The notes under the pieces are model-generated. The model ran no database searches. It was not told the origin of the DNA and saw only the letters and a list, made by a program, of their open reading frames with translations. Positions 12,508-25,621 of a DNA stretch of 64,000 nucleotides are shown one piece after another. This stretch comes from Tubiluchus corallicola (Eukaryota; Animalia; Priapulida). Both the position numbers and the translations under genes were made by a program. The stretch is from contig JAQGDQ010001064.1 in NCBI GenBank assembly GCA_030141605.1, positions 1 through 64,000 on the forward strand, in the 5' to 3' direction. Each line of letters starts with the position of its first letter. Positions within the stretch are counted from its first letter, which is position 1.

Positions 12508-13685
12508 TTACAGTTCAGGAGGAGGGCGATTATGAGGACTATGTGGAAGGACCGGTACCGCTATACGACAGACCATGGACGATACTCATTGGAGTAATAA
12601 TAGGTTGTCTATCTCTCTTTAGTTCGCTCGCCAATGCCGGAGTCTTGATTGCCTTTGTCAAAGATCCAAAGCTCCGCACGCCTCAGAATTGCTTCATATT
12701 GAATCTTGCCGTCAACGACTTCATCATTGCCTTCTTCGTCGCACCTTTCAGTGCTGTCGACACCCTTCTTGACTATTACTGGGTCTTGTCCAAGCGATTT
12801 TGCAGGGTTTGGATAACAGTGGATTTTCTATGCACCGTCGAAGGTGGCCTGGCCATTACCCTGATCAGCTGGGACAGATACCTGCTGGTTAAAGATGCCA
12901 TAGCCTACCGCAATAATGAAACCATAAGGAGGGCACTGGTAAAAATTTTTGCCACCTGGGTGTTTTCCTTTCTGATGTATGGTCCGGCCATCTTACTTTG
13001 GGAAAAGGTACGCGGATACCCAGTAACCGATCCCAATGAGTGTGAAGTGGAATTCGTCAACAATTTTCCTTACGTTTTCACGGGTGCCATTCTTGATTTT
13101 GTCATCCCTTTCTCGCTCATTATCTATTTTAACGTCCAGATTTATCGCAACATTAGAAATAGAAGCAAGGCTTTTAAGAAGGCGCCAATACCAACGACAG
13201 CTTCGGGTTCGGGGGTGGAAACGGCCATGTCGACAGCAAGCGCGGTGGCAACACCGGTCACTCCTCACGTACAGTCACTTCAGGTACAAGAGGCGACTTC
13301 TTCTTCGAGAGCAAGTGATGCACCAGCTGAACAGCAGCAGCAGCAGCAGCAGCAGCAACAGCAGAAGTTGTCCAGAGACAAGAATGTTGCTAAGAATCTT
13401 CTAGTGCTGGTGATAGTGTTCCTGGTAATGTGGCTACCATATACCACTTACACGATCGTCACTGCCATCTGTGAGGAGTGTGAGATGGATCTGTGGTATC
13501 GAGTCACTTACTGGTTGCTATATTACAACTCTTGCGTCAACCCGATCATCTACGCATATGCGAGTCCCCGCTTCCGTCAGAACTTCCGGAAGATATGGTG
13601 CCCTTGCTGGAAAGATAACAAGGTGCACGCTGTTAGCACCAAAGTTAGTCAAGATCAAAGGTCTGCTGGCAGATCAACGTATTAG
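12508..13685 (+). CDS. Aminergic class A GPCR paralog 2; main coding exon, start exon not located
   Basis: NLAVND, D3.32, SWDRY, CEVEF, MWLPY, NPIIY; Q11 tract in ICL3. Phase-1 acceptors at 12506-07 or 12512-13; no in-frame ATG before TM1. Confidence 0.93.
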
Positions 13686-13744
13686 AATTGATTTTAAAAG
13701 CTGGATACTGTTTACTTTCACGCCAGGTATACTTACATTTTGAT

Positions 13745-14572
13745 TTTGCGTGCTTTGCGATTGCGATACTCGACTCTCTCCACCTATCAGAGGCGAGCAC
13801 CTTTATAGGGTGCAAAGTCTATTCTTCTTTAACGCTGATCTTTTAGTTGTCTTCTCCAAGTTTAATGTCTTTATTTGTCTTTATCCTGAATTCCATACAT
13901 TCGTTCACTAGATTTCTAATTTCTAGCAATCCTTCCTTTTCACTGTTCATTAATACATCTGAGTTCAAAATTTTTTCCCATTCTCCATATCTGTAACATC
14001 TAAGCATATGTTCAGTAGTGTCATCATCTTCCCCACAAACTGGGCATAATAACTGATCCTTAAACTCATTCTTGTAGTTTTCTTTAACTTTAATCATATT
14101 CAGTCTCATTTTCAATACATCTTTAACCTCTTCTGGCTTGCATGTGTCTATGTAATTTTGTCGTTTCCACTCGGTATGCCTTAAAAATCTTAATTTAGTG
14201 CTGCTCCTGCATTTTTCTGCACATTCACTCTTTATACAACATTCAATCTTTTTCTTTATTTCTTTCTTCCATTCAGACTTTTTCATGACCTTCACCCTTT
14301 CTTTATTAGCATCTATGGTATATTTTTTGCAGCCTCAACTACTTCATTGTACTATGACCTTTCATGTGCATTTCGAGTACCTCTGATGCTAATCTCTTTG
14401 GTTTACTAATCAGTAAATTCCGATAGAAAATCAATCTCCTATAATTTACTTTATGTTTTAGAGGCCATATGCATATTTCAGTTACTAATCCCCAGTATGG
14501 CGTTGATTCACTAAGATTAAATAATGTTTTTAAAGCATTTGCTGCATTTGAATCATTACTAATTTCTCCCAA
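13745..14572 (-). mobile_element. 5'-truncated non-LTR retrotransposon (LINE) 3' remnant, frameshifted
   Basis: ORFs 14339-14572 and 13843-14295 carry post-RT-like sequence (STPYWGL, STKLRFL) and a CPVC-x8-H-x3-C zinc-knuckle-like motif typical of LINE ORF2 C-termini. Confidence 0.75.
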
Positions 14573-14657
14573 TCAGTTGTTGTCATTGATAATTGACAAT
14601 CAAACACACTCGCAGAAATGGAAAGCAAAGAAAGTAAGATCTACCTGAAACTATATC

Positions 14658-15051
14658 CAGGGCCTATTTCAGCCTAGGTGAGGCCCGGGGAAGTGGGGCG
14701 TGTGAGGCCCCATCGGGGGGGGGGCGAGCGCTACCATGGTTGGCGCCCAGAAAATTTTTGAACTGCTAGAACGCCGGAGAAGCATTTTCGAAGAAAAATA
14801 TGGAGTTATACAGTTGTTAAAGGAAAGAACAATTGAAAGAAAAACTGCTTTATTCTCAAGACCGGTCCTTAATACTTGTCAATACTGGCAAACGGCGTGC
14901 GTGCGGCACGAGAGAAGGAGGGAGAGAGAGAGAGGAGGCAGTATGTTCGCATAAAGCAAAAAAATGTTACCTTGGCGCGAGGCCCCCCTGGAGGGTGAGG
15001 CCCCGGGGAAGTATCCCCACTTACCCCCCCCTCCCCTTGAAATAGGCCCTG
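14658..15051. mobile_element. hAT-superfamily MITE
   Basis: 14-bp TIR cagggcctatttca/tgaaataggccctg; perfect 8-bp TSD actatatc at 14650-57 and 15052-59. Confidence 0.92.
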
Positions 15052-15385
15052 ACTATATCAATTCAAGCCAGTAAGTAAATTGACTGCATTATAATTTAGC
15101 AGTTGAATAAACGATTGATCAATTATTTGCCAAGCAAATTTATGCGTTTCAGTAATACCTGACAGAGATGGTCCATGGATGGATTCTTCTCAGATTCCCT
15201 CACATTATTAATATGACATAAAACTGTTGTCTGGTGCTAAGTGGAAAAAAATCTCTATTTCAATGCAAATAAAGCGCCATTTTTGTCATTTTGTCAGCAA
15301 GATGTTGGCTGATGAGATTAAAATGTTTTGGACATTAATCTCCACTGAAAATTACATATGAATGTGGCTACCCATTTGTAAGAAT

Positions 15386-15508
15386 CCCCTAGCTCTAACC
15401 CTAACCCTAATTGAAAAAAAACCCCTAACCCTAACCCTAATCCTAACCCTATCCCTAGTCCTAACCCTATCCATAATCCTAATCCTAATCCTAACCCTAA
15501 TCCTAATC
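15386..15508. repeat. Degenerate (CCCTAA)n telomere-like tract
   Basis: ctaaccctaaccctaatcctaacc... Confidence 0.8.
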
Positions 15509-15524
15509 TGCTTCACGAAGTTGG

Positions 15525-15760
15525 CAATTATAATATTTTAGGAGAAAAGAAGAGGGCCAAATATTCATCCTTGAGGGACACCAAAATTACATGCTGGAAT
15601 ATGCAAACTTGTAATAATATTTTGAGCAATGGTGCATTATTAATAATTATAATATTTTAGGAGAAAAGAAGAGGACCAAATATTCATCCTCGAGGAACAC
15701 CAAAATTACATATTGGAATACGCAAACTTGTAATAATATTTTGAGCAATGGTGCATTATT
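15525..15760. repeat. Two-copy duplication, about 119 bp period
   Basis: aattataatattttaggagaaaagaagagg...gcaatggtgcattatt repeated. Confidence 0.85.
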
Positions 15761-17315
15761 GACTTAATCCTAATCCCAATCTGCTTCACGAACTAATTCT
15801 TTGTGTGTGAGAAATTTTAATATTTAGTGACCCATTCTTGGTTTTTTTATAATCATATAAGAGAAAAATAAATAAATTCGATTTGAATAGTCCATCTGGC
15901 AAAACAATGATGTTATAGAATAATGTTTTTGCACGGTAGTTGTTTTTTGAATGAAGTAATAACACTACACATAATAGATGTACTTGTAATTCTAACATCG
16001 GGGGGGGGGGGGGGGTTTGAGTGGTCTAGCATTATTCGAATGTAATGCCATATAGAGATCTATATATCCCATAATGCTAGATATAATGTATCGTTTTTAT
16101 ATAGTGCTGGCATCTCACAAATCAAATTGTGTGCTACTAACGTTGAATGCTTGTGGCGGGACAGGAACTCATCTCATTCTCGAAGACAATCGTCTAAAAT
16201 AGTAAACGCCTTGTCTTAGCCCCTTGTATGATCGTGTGTTCGTCCTCCATCGATTAGGTAAATTGGGGCAATGTTGCAAATGAAGCCACCCAAAATCAGC
16301 TTTCCAGCGATCTTCCACCCAGCCACGCACGCAAAGCAACCACTCAATTATAACTAATATTGTAATTGCATGCATAAACTTATTAATATACTCGTTCACA
16401 TTAATCCACACTATTAATAATTTCCTAAATGCAGGTAAACAAATAAGACTGTTTCTTTTTACAAAAGATAAGCTTGCTTTTAATGTTAAGCTGCTTGAGA
16501 AGCCCTTTTATGTTCGACTGAATGAAGCCAGCATAAAGTAAAGAACAAGTTTTTCTGATTTCTTCAACGAACGGGCTAAACAATTAGTAATGACGTAACA
16601 ATTAGGCTAAACAATTAGTAATGACGTAACAATTAGGCTAAACAATTAGTAATTTGTAATTAGTAATCGAGTTTTCTCGATTTGCAGTGTTCGAAATATA
16701 AGGAAGAAAGGATTAAGAGTCCTAGGGTATTGCGATGTTCACTTTCAATTCAATTTCGTTTTATTGCACAAATACAATAGTGTATCATGGCAAAAATTAC
16801 AATTACAAAAAAATTAAAGTAGCAACAACAAATACAATTATGCAACGTTGCAAAAGCACGAGTTTTACAACTTAATTAATTGCAATTCAATTCAATTCAA
16901 TTTCATTTGCACTTCGCAAATACAATGTAGTGTACAACGGAAAAAGTTACAATTACAAAAAAAGCGTCAAAATACAAGAACAAATACAAAATATAATCAA
17001 TGCAAATACAATTTCAAAAATATTATCAAACATTACTGAGAGCAAATATGTAGGCCTACTTACACACATAATACAATACGCTTATGTTTCTTCTAAAAAA
17101 AACTTGAAAATTGGCTGGAGTGTTAAAATCTTCCTGTCTTCCTTTAAGCACTAACTATGCGGGCAACCACAGTCAGTAAAGCTCTATAAATGCTTTACTG
17201 CAAAGCATGGAAAGCATGGAATACTAAAAGCATGACACGGGCATGGTCTGGCTTCGCAATCTTTTCAACGCATCAGCGCGAAGATGAGTCTTTTTTTATC
17301 TCTTGATTTTATTAA

Positions 17316-17929
17316 CCCTTAAAGGGTCACGATTTTTTACAACCGATTTTGGTAACCGGCGGGGGGGGGGGGGTAATTTTCATAATTCGTAAATTACTTT
17401 TGATAAACCGCCGTGTTTCATTAGTAAACAGCAACAGCATAATTTGTGGTTATGCTGACCACCATAGGATACATTATACCTCTGCTTAAAGACACGTGAC
17501 TTACTAGTAATACGAAATTTAAATTCACTTAGTTACGTTCCCTTATCTATGCTGGAATAACTGTAGACAATCGACATTGCTAGCGCGTGTGCAAAAATCA
17601 TTGTTATTTTGAATTTATTGTCTACTACTTTCTTCTTTTAGGTGGAGTAATTTGAGTAACCGACATTTTGTTTTATCAGATACGTCACCCATATAATGTA
17701 TAGACAAGCGAAGTAAAGTTTCGACAATTTTAAAAAAAATCGACATATTGCATTTTCACTTTTATTTCGTGGTGAGACAATGCGCCTAAAATAAATAACT
17801 GAAAGTATTTTGTGCACAAAACATATTTAGAAAAAGTCATAGAAAAGGTTTATTGGTATGCGCATGGTAAAAGGGTAAAATGCAAAAAACCGGGTAATTT
17901 TTTACCCCCCCCCGGTGACCCTATAAGGG
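17316..17929. mobile_element. piggyBac-like MITE
   Basis: TTAA on both sides; TIR cccttaaagggtcac / gtgaccctataaggg. Confidence 0.85.
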
Positions 17930-18140
17930 TTAAAGCCTCTACACACTGATTCAAGCTGCATTTCCGTTTTGTTTTAGCAACGATTTTCTAGACAAAAGCA
18001 TTTGAGGATGCCGACATTAAAATGCTTCATTTTTTGTGGAAATAAAATGTTTACGTTGTAATTGTACCTATTGTAAAACGTGCCTATTGTAAAATGTAGA
18101 TACGGATAGTTCGCTGTAGAAAAGTAAAAAACGGCATTAA

Positions 18141-19361
18141 AGGAAAAGTCAACACTCTCGGGAAGTTGAGCTTATTCTAATATTTGAGAAAAATGTTTCA
18201 GCAGTGAAATTGTCATAAGCGCCTCGTGAAATTAGGAAAATCAATTTAAAGTCGCGATCACTTCACGCTTGGGGGCGCTCGTTTTGTTGAAAAATGACGT
18301 CATCTGGTTACCGGGCAAAATAAACAGTCATTCTGCCCAAGTGCTTGAGCAATCTCTTTTTTGACTTATAGAGCAAACTCTATAAACTAAGTCACCCACC
18401 CGGTACCTACTGTATGCTCGCAAGTTTACATGTGTATCTGAAAGTCAACAAAAATCTGTAAATTAATTACATTTACGTAATTAATGTTAATTACTTACAC
18501 ATTTTATGGTATAATACTGTGGATTAAAGCTATGTAACCACTTTAAACTTGGTCCTAATTGATCAAACGACTAATTTTTTATGTAAACAACCCTGGAATA
18601 ACTGAACTTTTGAGTGAACTGTAGAAATTTCTCAACGCGCACCTTCATCACAACTTGCCTTCACTGCATTCACGCTGCCCAACAGACACCAGCTTACATC
18701 ATCACAGCTTGCCTTCACTGCATTCACGCTGCCCAGCAGACACCAGCTTACGTCATCACAACTTGCCTTCACAGCATTCACGCTGCCCAGCAGACACCAG
18801 CTTACGTCATCACAGCTTGCCTTCACTGCATTCACGCTGCCCAGCAGACACCAGCTTACGTCATCACAGCTTGCCTTCACTGCATTCACGCTGCCCAGCA
18901 GACACCAGCTTACGTCATCACAGCTTGCCTTCACTGCATTCACGCTGCCCAGCAGACACCAGCCTACGTCATCACAGCTTGCCTTCACAGCATTCACGCT
19001 GCCCAGCAGACACCAGCTTACGTCATCACAACTTGCCTTCACAGCATTCACGCTGCCCAGCAGACACCAGCTTACCTTCATCACAACTTGGCTTCACAGC
19101 ATTCACGCTGCCCAGCAGACACCAGCTTACCTTCATCACAACTTGCCTTCACAGCATTCATGCTGCCCAGCAGACACCAGCTTACGTCATTTTCGTTGAA
19201 ATATGCCAGCAGCGACCCTCATTTGGCGGGAGATAAAAATATTTAAATTTGTTTTACATTTTTATGCAAAGAATTCTATGCGCATATCTTGTGTAGTGAT
19301 TTCAATATTTTAAACTATATATTAAAATGCAATAAATCTTGTTCGAGAATCGGTTCTTCCT
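18141..19361. mobile_element. Kolobok-like non-autonomous element (TTAA flanks, AGG..CCT termini) containing a 54-bp array
   Basis: ttaa|aggaaaagtc ... ttcct|ttaa; the first about 150 bp match the element at 55255. The right end is less certain. Confidence 0.6.
18641..19190. repeat. 54-bp minisatellite x10
   Basis: Unit cgtcatcacagcttgccttcactgcattcacgctgcccagcagacaccagctta. Confidence 0.95.
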
Positions 19362-19584
19362 TTAACTTAACAAAAGAAGATCTTTCATGTTGCTTTGTCT
19401 TCAGTTACCAAACTTATTTAAATTAGGTGATTGTGTTGAAAGAGCGTTTTTAAGACATGATGAATTACTTACTGTGTATTGATCATTGAAAATGAGGCCT
19501 AATTAACCACAAACTATTTTAAATGCTAATCATTTTATATCTATGCTAAACTTTTAGAACTAACAGAAGCGAATTTGAATGAAT

Positions 19585-20141
<557 letters not shown>

Positions 20142-20320
20142 ACTTAAATAACTAAGATAACTAACTGAACGTTATTATACATATGTAAATTTAAACATGT
20201 GCATATGCTTTATGTAAGTAAAAGGTGTCCTTGTGCTTTAATTATTTCACTACCATCAGTTTACTGGCGAATATTTACTTTAATGTGAACCGTTCTTTAC
20301 ATTGTTTCGTTACAGGTTCT

Positions 20321-21565
20321 ATGAGTCTCAATGAAACACGCAATGCCACAGATTACGACGATTACGAATACGAGGACGAAGGACCGGCACCTCTCTACGA
20401 CCTTCCCTGGACAATCCTCATAGCGATAATCATTGCTTCCCTGTCACTCTTTGCCACACTAGCCAACGCCACGGTCATAATGGCCTTCATCAGGGATTCA
20501 AAGCTCCGCACCCCACAGAACTGCTACATCGTCAACCTGGCCGTATGCGACTTGATCATCCCGCTGCTCGTCACGCCCTTTAGCGCCGTGGACACACTAC
20601 TGGACTACTACTGGATCTTCTCCAACCGTGTCTGCAACGCCTACGTGACCATAGACTTTCTCTGCACGGTCGAAGGAGGGTTGGCAATCATGCTCATCAG
20701 CTGGGACAGGTACCTCCTCGTCAAGGATGCCATCGCCTATCGTAACCATCAGACAATCCAAGGTGCCCTGTTGAAGATAGGCGCCACCTGGATGTTTTCC
20801 TTTGTCATGTACGGACCGGCGATCCTGCTCTGGAACACCGTGAGAGGTTACAGTATTCTGGAAGAGAACGAGTGCGACGTGGAGTTCGTCCACAATTTTC
20901 CGTACGTTTTCACCGGAGCCGTGCTCGACTTCGTCATTCCGTTCACCCTCATCGTCTACTTCAACCTGCAGATCTACCGATACATCCGCAAGCGTTCCAG
21001 AGAGTTCAAGAGAGCCAAAGTTCTTCCACTCGCCACCGTGTCCACGATTACGACCGCATCCGGAACCGGAACGACTACCGTGGATTCCGGGACCAGAAAT
21101 ACCTCCAAGTCCAACCACGCGCACAAGCCGGACGGTAAAGCTCCTGACTCCGGAATCCGGCTGGTCGCGGTTCACGACAACCCGCTGATGCCGCCAGTGA
21201 ACATCACCAGTGCCAACCATGGCAACAACAGCTCATCTGATAACCATCAACATCAACAGCAGGATAAGCAGCGACAGCAGATTTCGCGGGACAAACGCGT
21301 GGCCAAGAACTTGCTCATCCTAGTCTGCGTATTTTTCGTCATGTGGTTACCGTACACCACATACACGATCGTCACGGCTCTTTGCGAAGACTGCGAGGTC
21401 GATTTGTGGTATAACTTCACCTACTACCTCCTCTATTACAATAGCTGCATTAATCCCATCGTGTATGCTTACAGCAGTCCTCGATTCCGGGAGGGTTTTC
21501 GACGATTATGGTGTTCTTGTATTAAAGATAACAAAGTACATGATATCAGTACTAGTGTTCACTAG
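20321..21565 (+). CDS. Aminergic class A GPCR paralog 3 (414 aa from ATG 20321)
   Basis: MSLNETRNAT N-terminus with two N-glycosylation sequons; NLAVCD, D3.32, SWDRY, MWLPY, NPIVY. Acceptor ttacAG at 20314-15 lies just upstream of the ATG. Confidence 0.94.
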   Translation: MSLNETRNATDYDDYEYEDEGPAPLYDLPWTILIAIIIASLSLFATLANATVIMAFIRDSKLRTPQNCYIVNLAVCDLIIPLLVTPFSAVDTLLDYYWIFSNRVCNAYVTIDFLCTVEGGLAIMLISWDRYLLVKDAIAYRNHQTIQGALLKIGATWMFSFVMYGPAILLWNTVRGYSILEENECDVEFVHNFPYVFTGAVLDFVIPFTLIVYFNLQIYRYIRKRSREFKRAKVLPLATVSTITTASGTGTTTVDSGTRNTSKSNHAHKPDGKAPDSGIRLVAVHDNPLMPPVNITSANHGNNSSSDNHQHQQQDKQRQQISRDKRVAKNLLILVCVFFVMWLPYTTYTIVTALCEDCEVDLWYNFTYYLLYYNSCINPIVYAYSSPRFREGFRRLWCSCIKDNKVHDISTSVH

Positions 21566-23092
21566 TAATATTTGGCGATTATGGTGTTGTTGTATTAAAG
21601 AGAACAAAGTACGCGATATCGGTACTAGTGTTCACTAGTAATATTAGGCTATTATATTGTCTTGTATTAAAGATAACAAAGTACACGATGTCAGTACTAG
21701 AGTTCACTAGTAATATTAGGCTATTATATTGTCTTGTATTAAAGATAACAAAGTACACGATATCACTACTAGTGTTCACTAGTAATATTTGGCGATTATA
21801 TTGTTCTTGTATTAAAGAGAACAAAGTACGCAATATCGGTACTAGTGTTCACTGGTAATATTTGGTAATTATGGTGTTCTTGTTTTAAAAATAACAAAGT
21901 ACGTGATGTCGGTACTAGTGTTCACTAGTAATATTCGGCAATTATGGTGTTCTTGTATTAAAGATAACAAAGTACGCGATATCAGTACTAGAGTTCACTG
22001 GTAATATTCGGCCATTATATTGTTCTTGTATTAAAGATAACAAAGTACACGATGTCAGTACTAGTGTTCACTGGTAATATTTGGCAATTATATTGTTCTT
22101 GTATTAAAGAGAACAAAGTACGCGATATCGGTACTAGTGTTCACTGGTAATATTTGGCAATTATATTGTTCTTGTATTAAAGAGAACAAAGTACACGATG
22201 TCAGTACTAGTGTTCACTGGTAATATTTGGCAATTATATTGTTCTTGTATTAAAGAGAACAAAGTACACGATGTCAGTACTAGTGTTCACTGGTAATATT
22301 TGGCAATTATATTGTTCTTGTATTAAAGATAACAAAGTACGCGATATCGGTACTAGTGTTCACTATTAATATTCGGCAATTATATTGTTCTTGTATTAAA
22401 GATAACAAAGTACACGATGTCAGTACTAGTGTTCACTGGTAATATTTGGCAATTATATTGTTCTTGTATTAAAGATAACAAAGTACGCGATATCGGTACT
22501 AGTGTTCACTATTAATATTCGGCAATTATATTGTTCTTGTATTAAAGATAACAAAGTACACGATGTCAGTACTAGTGTTCACTGGTAATATTTGGCAATT
22601 ATATTGTTCTTGTATTAAAGAGAACAAAGTACACGATGTCAGTACTAGTGTTCACTGGTAATATTTGGCAATTATATTGTTCTTGTATTAAAGATAACAA
22701 AGTACGCGATATCAGTACTAGTGTTCACTAGCAATATTCGGCTATTATATTGTTCTTGTAGTAAAGATAACAAAGTACACGATATCGGAACTAGTGTTCA
22801 CTAGTAATATTTGGCTATTATGGTGTGCTTGTAGTAAAGATAACAAAGTACGTGATGTCAGTACTAGTGTTCACTAGTAATATTCGGCGATTATATTGTT
22901 CTTGTATTAAAGATAACAATGTTTGCGACATCAGTACTAGTGTTCACTAGCAATATTCGGCGATTATATTGATCTTGTATTAAAGATAACAAAGTATGCG
23001 ACATCGGTACTAGTGTTCACTAGTAATATTCGGCGATTATATTGATCTTGTATTAAAGATAACAAAGTACACAATATCAGTACTTTCACTAG
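21503..23092. repeat. 72-73 bp minisatellite, about 22 copies; the unit is the GPCR3 C-terminal coding sequence plus stop
   Basis: First copy encodes RLWCSCIKDNKVHDISTSVH*; period 21506 to 21579. Confidence 0.96.
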
Positions 23093-23510
23093 TGGTACAA
23101 GTAGGTATAAGATTAAATAAAAATATCGTCAACAACTATAAAACTGGAAGAAAATTTTACGATGTGAAACAGAAGACATGCGTAAAAGTGTTCTGGCCTG
23201 ACATATTTCAAAAAAACTAATTTAGCAGAATCAAGAACTGATGTGCAATTTGACCCGATAACATTCTGATCCAGTAACTACATCCAAGGAAAAGGAAAAC
23301 TTTGGTTATCCTGTTTGGATTATCCTGTTTCCCAGTGAGAGTTCAAAATGTCGGACAAATGCTACTCAATTCTTTGCCTAAGATATTGTTTGAGACAAAT
23401 TTCAGAAATTAAACTTTTGCTTGTAGATTAAACCTATAATGTCCGATTACTATATATTTACTTTATATAGACCATTATGCTATGACATCCATGATAGCTG
23501 CTGTTGTTAA

Positions 23511-23967
23511 CTCTTTCAGTCCCAAATTATTTTTTAATAAGCAAAATTTTTTGTGACTTGGTACTTTTGTTCAGTATGTCCATCTTGTTTACACATAATA
23601 ATTATTTTTTCTACCTGTGTTCGCGTGCTAAATATAGCCTGTATCCCACGGGATACATTGGGATTCAATGGAAGCATAAAATCTGCTTCATTTTGCAACT
23701 GCTGATAATTTTTTAAAGTATTTAAGACATTTAGTATGCACGCTATGCTGATCTGTACAAAGTCGTCTCTAAAGTACTGTACCTTGCGCATTTTCTTATG
23801 CTATGTAGATTTTCTAGTTTGCCATTTTATCACTATTTTTAGTCTATTGTTATTGGCTTGAATCAAAATAACTATTAACAGATCAAATAACTGTCAGTTT
23901 TAAAATTTTATTAATTTTAAAAGCAGAAAATTCTGGTATCCCACGGGATACAACGGGAAGGAAAGGG
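23511..23967. mobile_element. piggyBac-like MITE family B
   Basis: TTAA flanks; termini c(t/c)ctttc..gaaaggg; near-identical copy at 51456-51913; internal gtatcccacgggatac palindrome twice. Confidence 0.9.
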
Positions 23968-24167
23968 TTAACTCATTTTATTCAAGATCTTGTCGGTGTT
24001 CATCTGATGATATGATTTATTGCAAGGACTGCTATTGTTGTTCGGGATTTTAAATTGTTTTAGTGTATCTTAGTACAGTTTGTGTAATGGTTTATCTCAC
24101 GAAGTATACAAATACAGTATAATATAATTGATTATGGCGTTTACTGTAATAGTATTGAGAATAGTGT

Positions 24168-24309
24168 AACTACGGCTAAATCACGTTGAAATCACCGTTT
24201 GATCACCGAAGTTAAGCAACGGAGAGACTGGTTAGTAATTGGATGAGTGACCGCCTAGGAATACCAGGTGCTGTAGGCTTGCGGGATGCCCACACTGTAT
24301 CTCGACACT
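24168..24309 (+). mobile_element. 5S rRNA-derived SINE (SINE3-type) head plus start of body, truncated
   Basis: ctacggc...gatcaccgaagttaagcaacg...ggttagta.ttggatg.gtgaccgcct.ggaataccaggtgctgtaggctt matches metazoan 5S with a small deletion. It is followed by gcgggatgcccacactgtatctcgacact, which is shared with the copy at 57254-57866. Confidence 0.85.
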
Positions 24310-24776
24310 TTCGCATTCGCGCCACTAGTTCTTCGCTGTTACATGCATTTCGCCATTCGCTAGTTAGATGGGCACCAGCGCCGGCATTTCGAAAACACAT
24401 TGCACAAAAAACAGGCACTGTGCTTCTCAGTTCAGATGTGTTAGTTTGTGACGAACTACACACGTTCGACAGCTCATTCGTGAGCGCTGCGGTAAATTTG
24501 AAATTTGATTTTTTATCTTAAAACTTGCCTAGTTTTAGTACAACACATACTTCGCGGTACTTCAATTTTCGCTTAGGCAAACACGCTCGTGGAATATTTT
24601 TACTGTTGAAAATTATGTTAGTTTGTGATGTCATCAATACTTGGGCTCAGCCTCAGTTAATTAAATTTATAATCTATTGTTTAATTATCAGATACGCTTT
24701 TGCAGCATTAATTGTATTAAAATATATAGTTTTTAGCGACTTAAAAAGGGGTAGTATGTGAAAAATCACCTTCCTT
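24310..24776. mobile_element. Interspersed repeat family D (probable TTAA-targeting non-autonomous DNA transposon)
   Basis: Reverse-complement homolog at 49234-49710; partial copies at about 43893-44468 and 63400-63495. Confidence 0.7.
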
Positions 24777-25621
24777 AAAGGTGTTATTGCTGGACTGAAC
24801 GAAAGTATTATTAGTATTAGACTCTGATCGTCACGAAATCAACTTTCTAACCCTGTAAGCCGTTAGTTTACTGGTTTTTGGACTACAATAGTTACCACCT
24901 ATCACTGAACTGCTGAGAGCTGATTATTTCAAAAAATGTTAATGTGAATTTTAGGACACAAGCACGTTTTTTGTCAGGTGAACAACAACTATCTTTTTAT
25001 TTGCTTAAAATTTTTATAAACAGTCAAAGAGACAACAATACAAGTCTGATAAAGGTAGCTTGAGTACAGTGTGAATAAAAAATAACAGAGAACACATTGA
25101 AATATTGTTAATTAACTTTTCCAAATACTGAACATTAAATATTAGAAAAAACGTCACAAAAAGTGTTTGAGACATTCGACTGAGAGACAAACAATTTTGA
25201 GACAAATTGGCTAATCGATAATTGATTTATTGAAGTCAGGTTGGAAAAACAAACACGCTTTTAGGCACGCTTTCACTTCACAAGTCAACAACGTTTATAT
25301 AGTGGTACTACTCCTTTAATCTACGATGATTTTTATACTAATCACAAAACACGTAGCTACATCGCATGCAAACACGAATTAAACTAACTAGTTATTGGAA
25401 AGTGAAGATTGGAGCAAGTTTTAATTTCACTTTAACTTATGTAGCTTAGTGCATATAGAATCTTCACAGAGTTCGTCAATATATTCTGATAGTAGGGCCC
25501 TTTTGGTCAGATGTAAATTAGTTTTGAAACAGGCAAATAAAAGTCAATTAAATTGAACATAAAAATGATTGCAAATTGCATACTAATCCATTATCAATAA
25601 TGCTGGTTGTTTTTAATGTTT

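Noticed and set aside
18614-19246. Repeat-protein ORFs on both strands
   Set aside because: A 54-bp minisatellite (multiple of 3) inside a probable transposon; no splice or start context.
20597-21220. Antisense ORFs over GPCR and myosin exons (also 30805-31569, 36585-37199, 44474-45151)
   Set aside because: Shadow ORFs from GC-rich codon bias.
21503-23092. CRISPR-like array (also 40651-41748 and 53137-53877)
   Set aside because: No unique spacers, no cas genes and a eukaryotic context; these are pure tandem repeats.
24168-24280. Functional 5S rRNA gene
   Set aside because: Internal deletion and substitutions, no oligo-T terminator, and not in a tandem unit.
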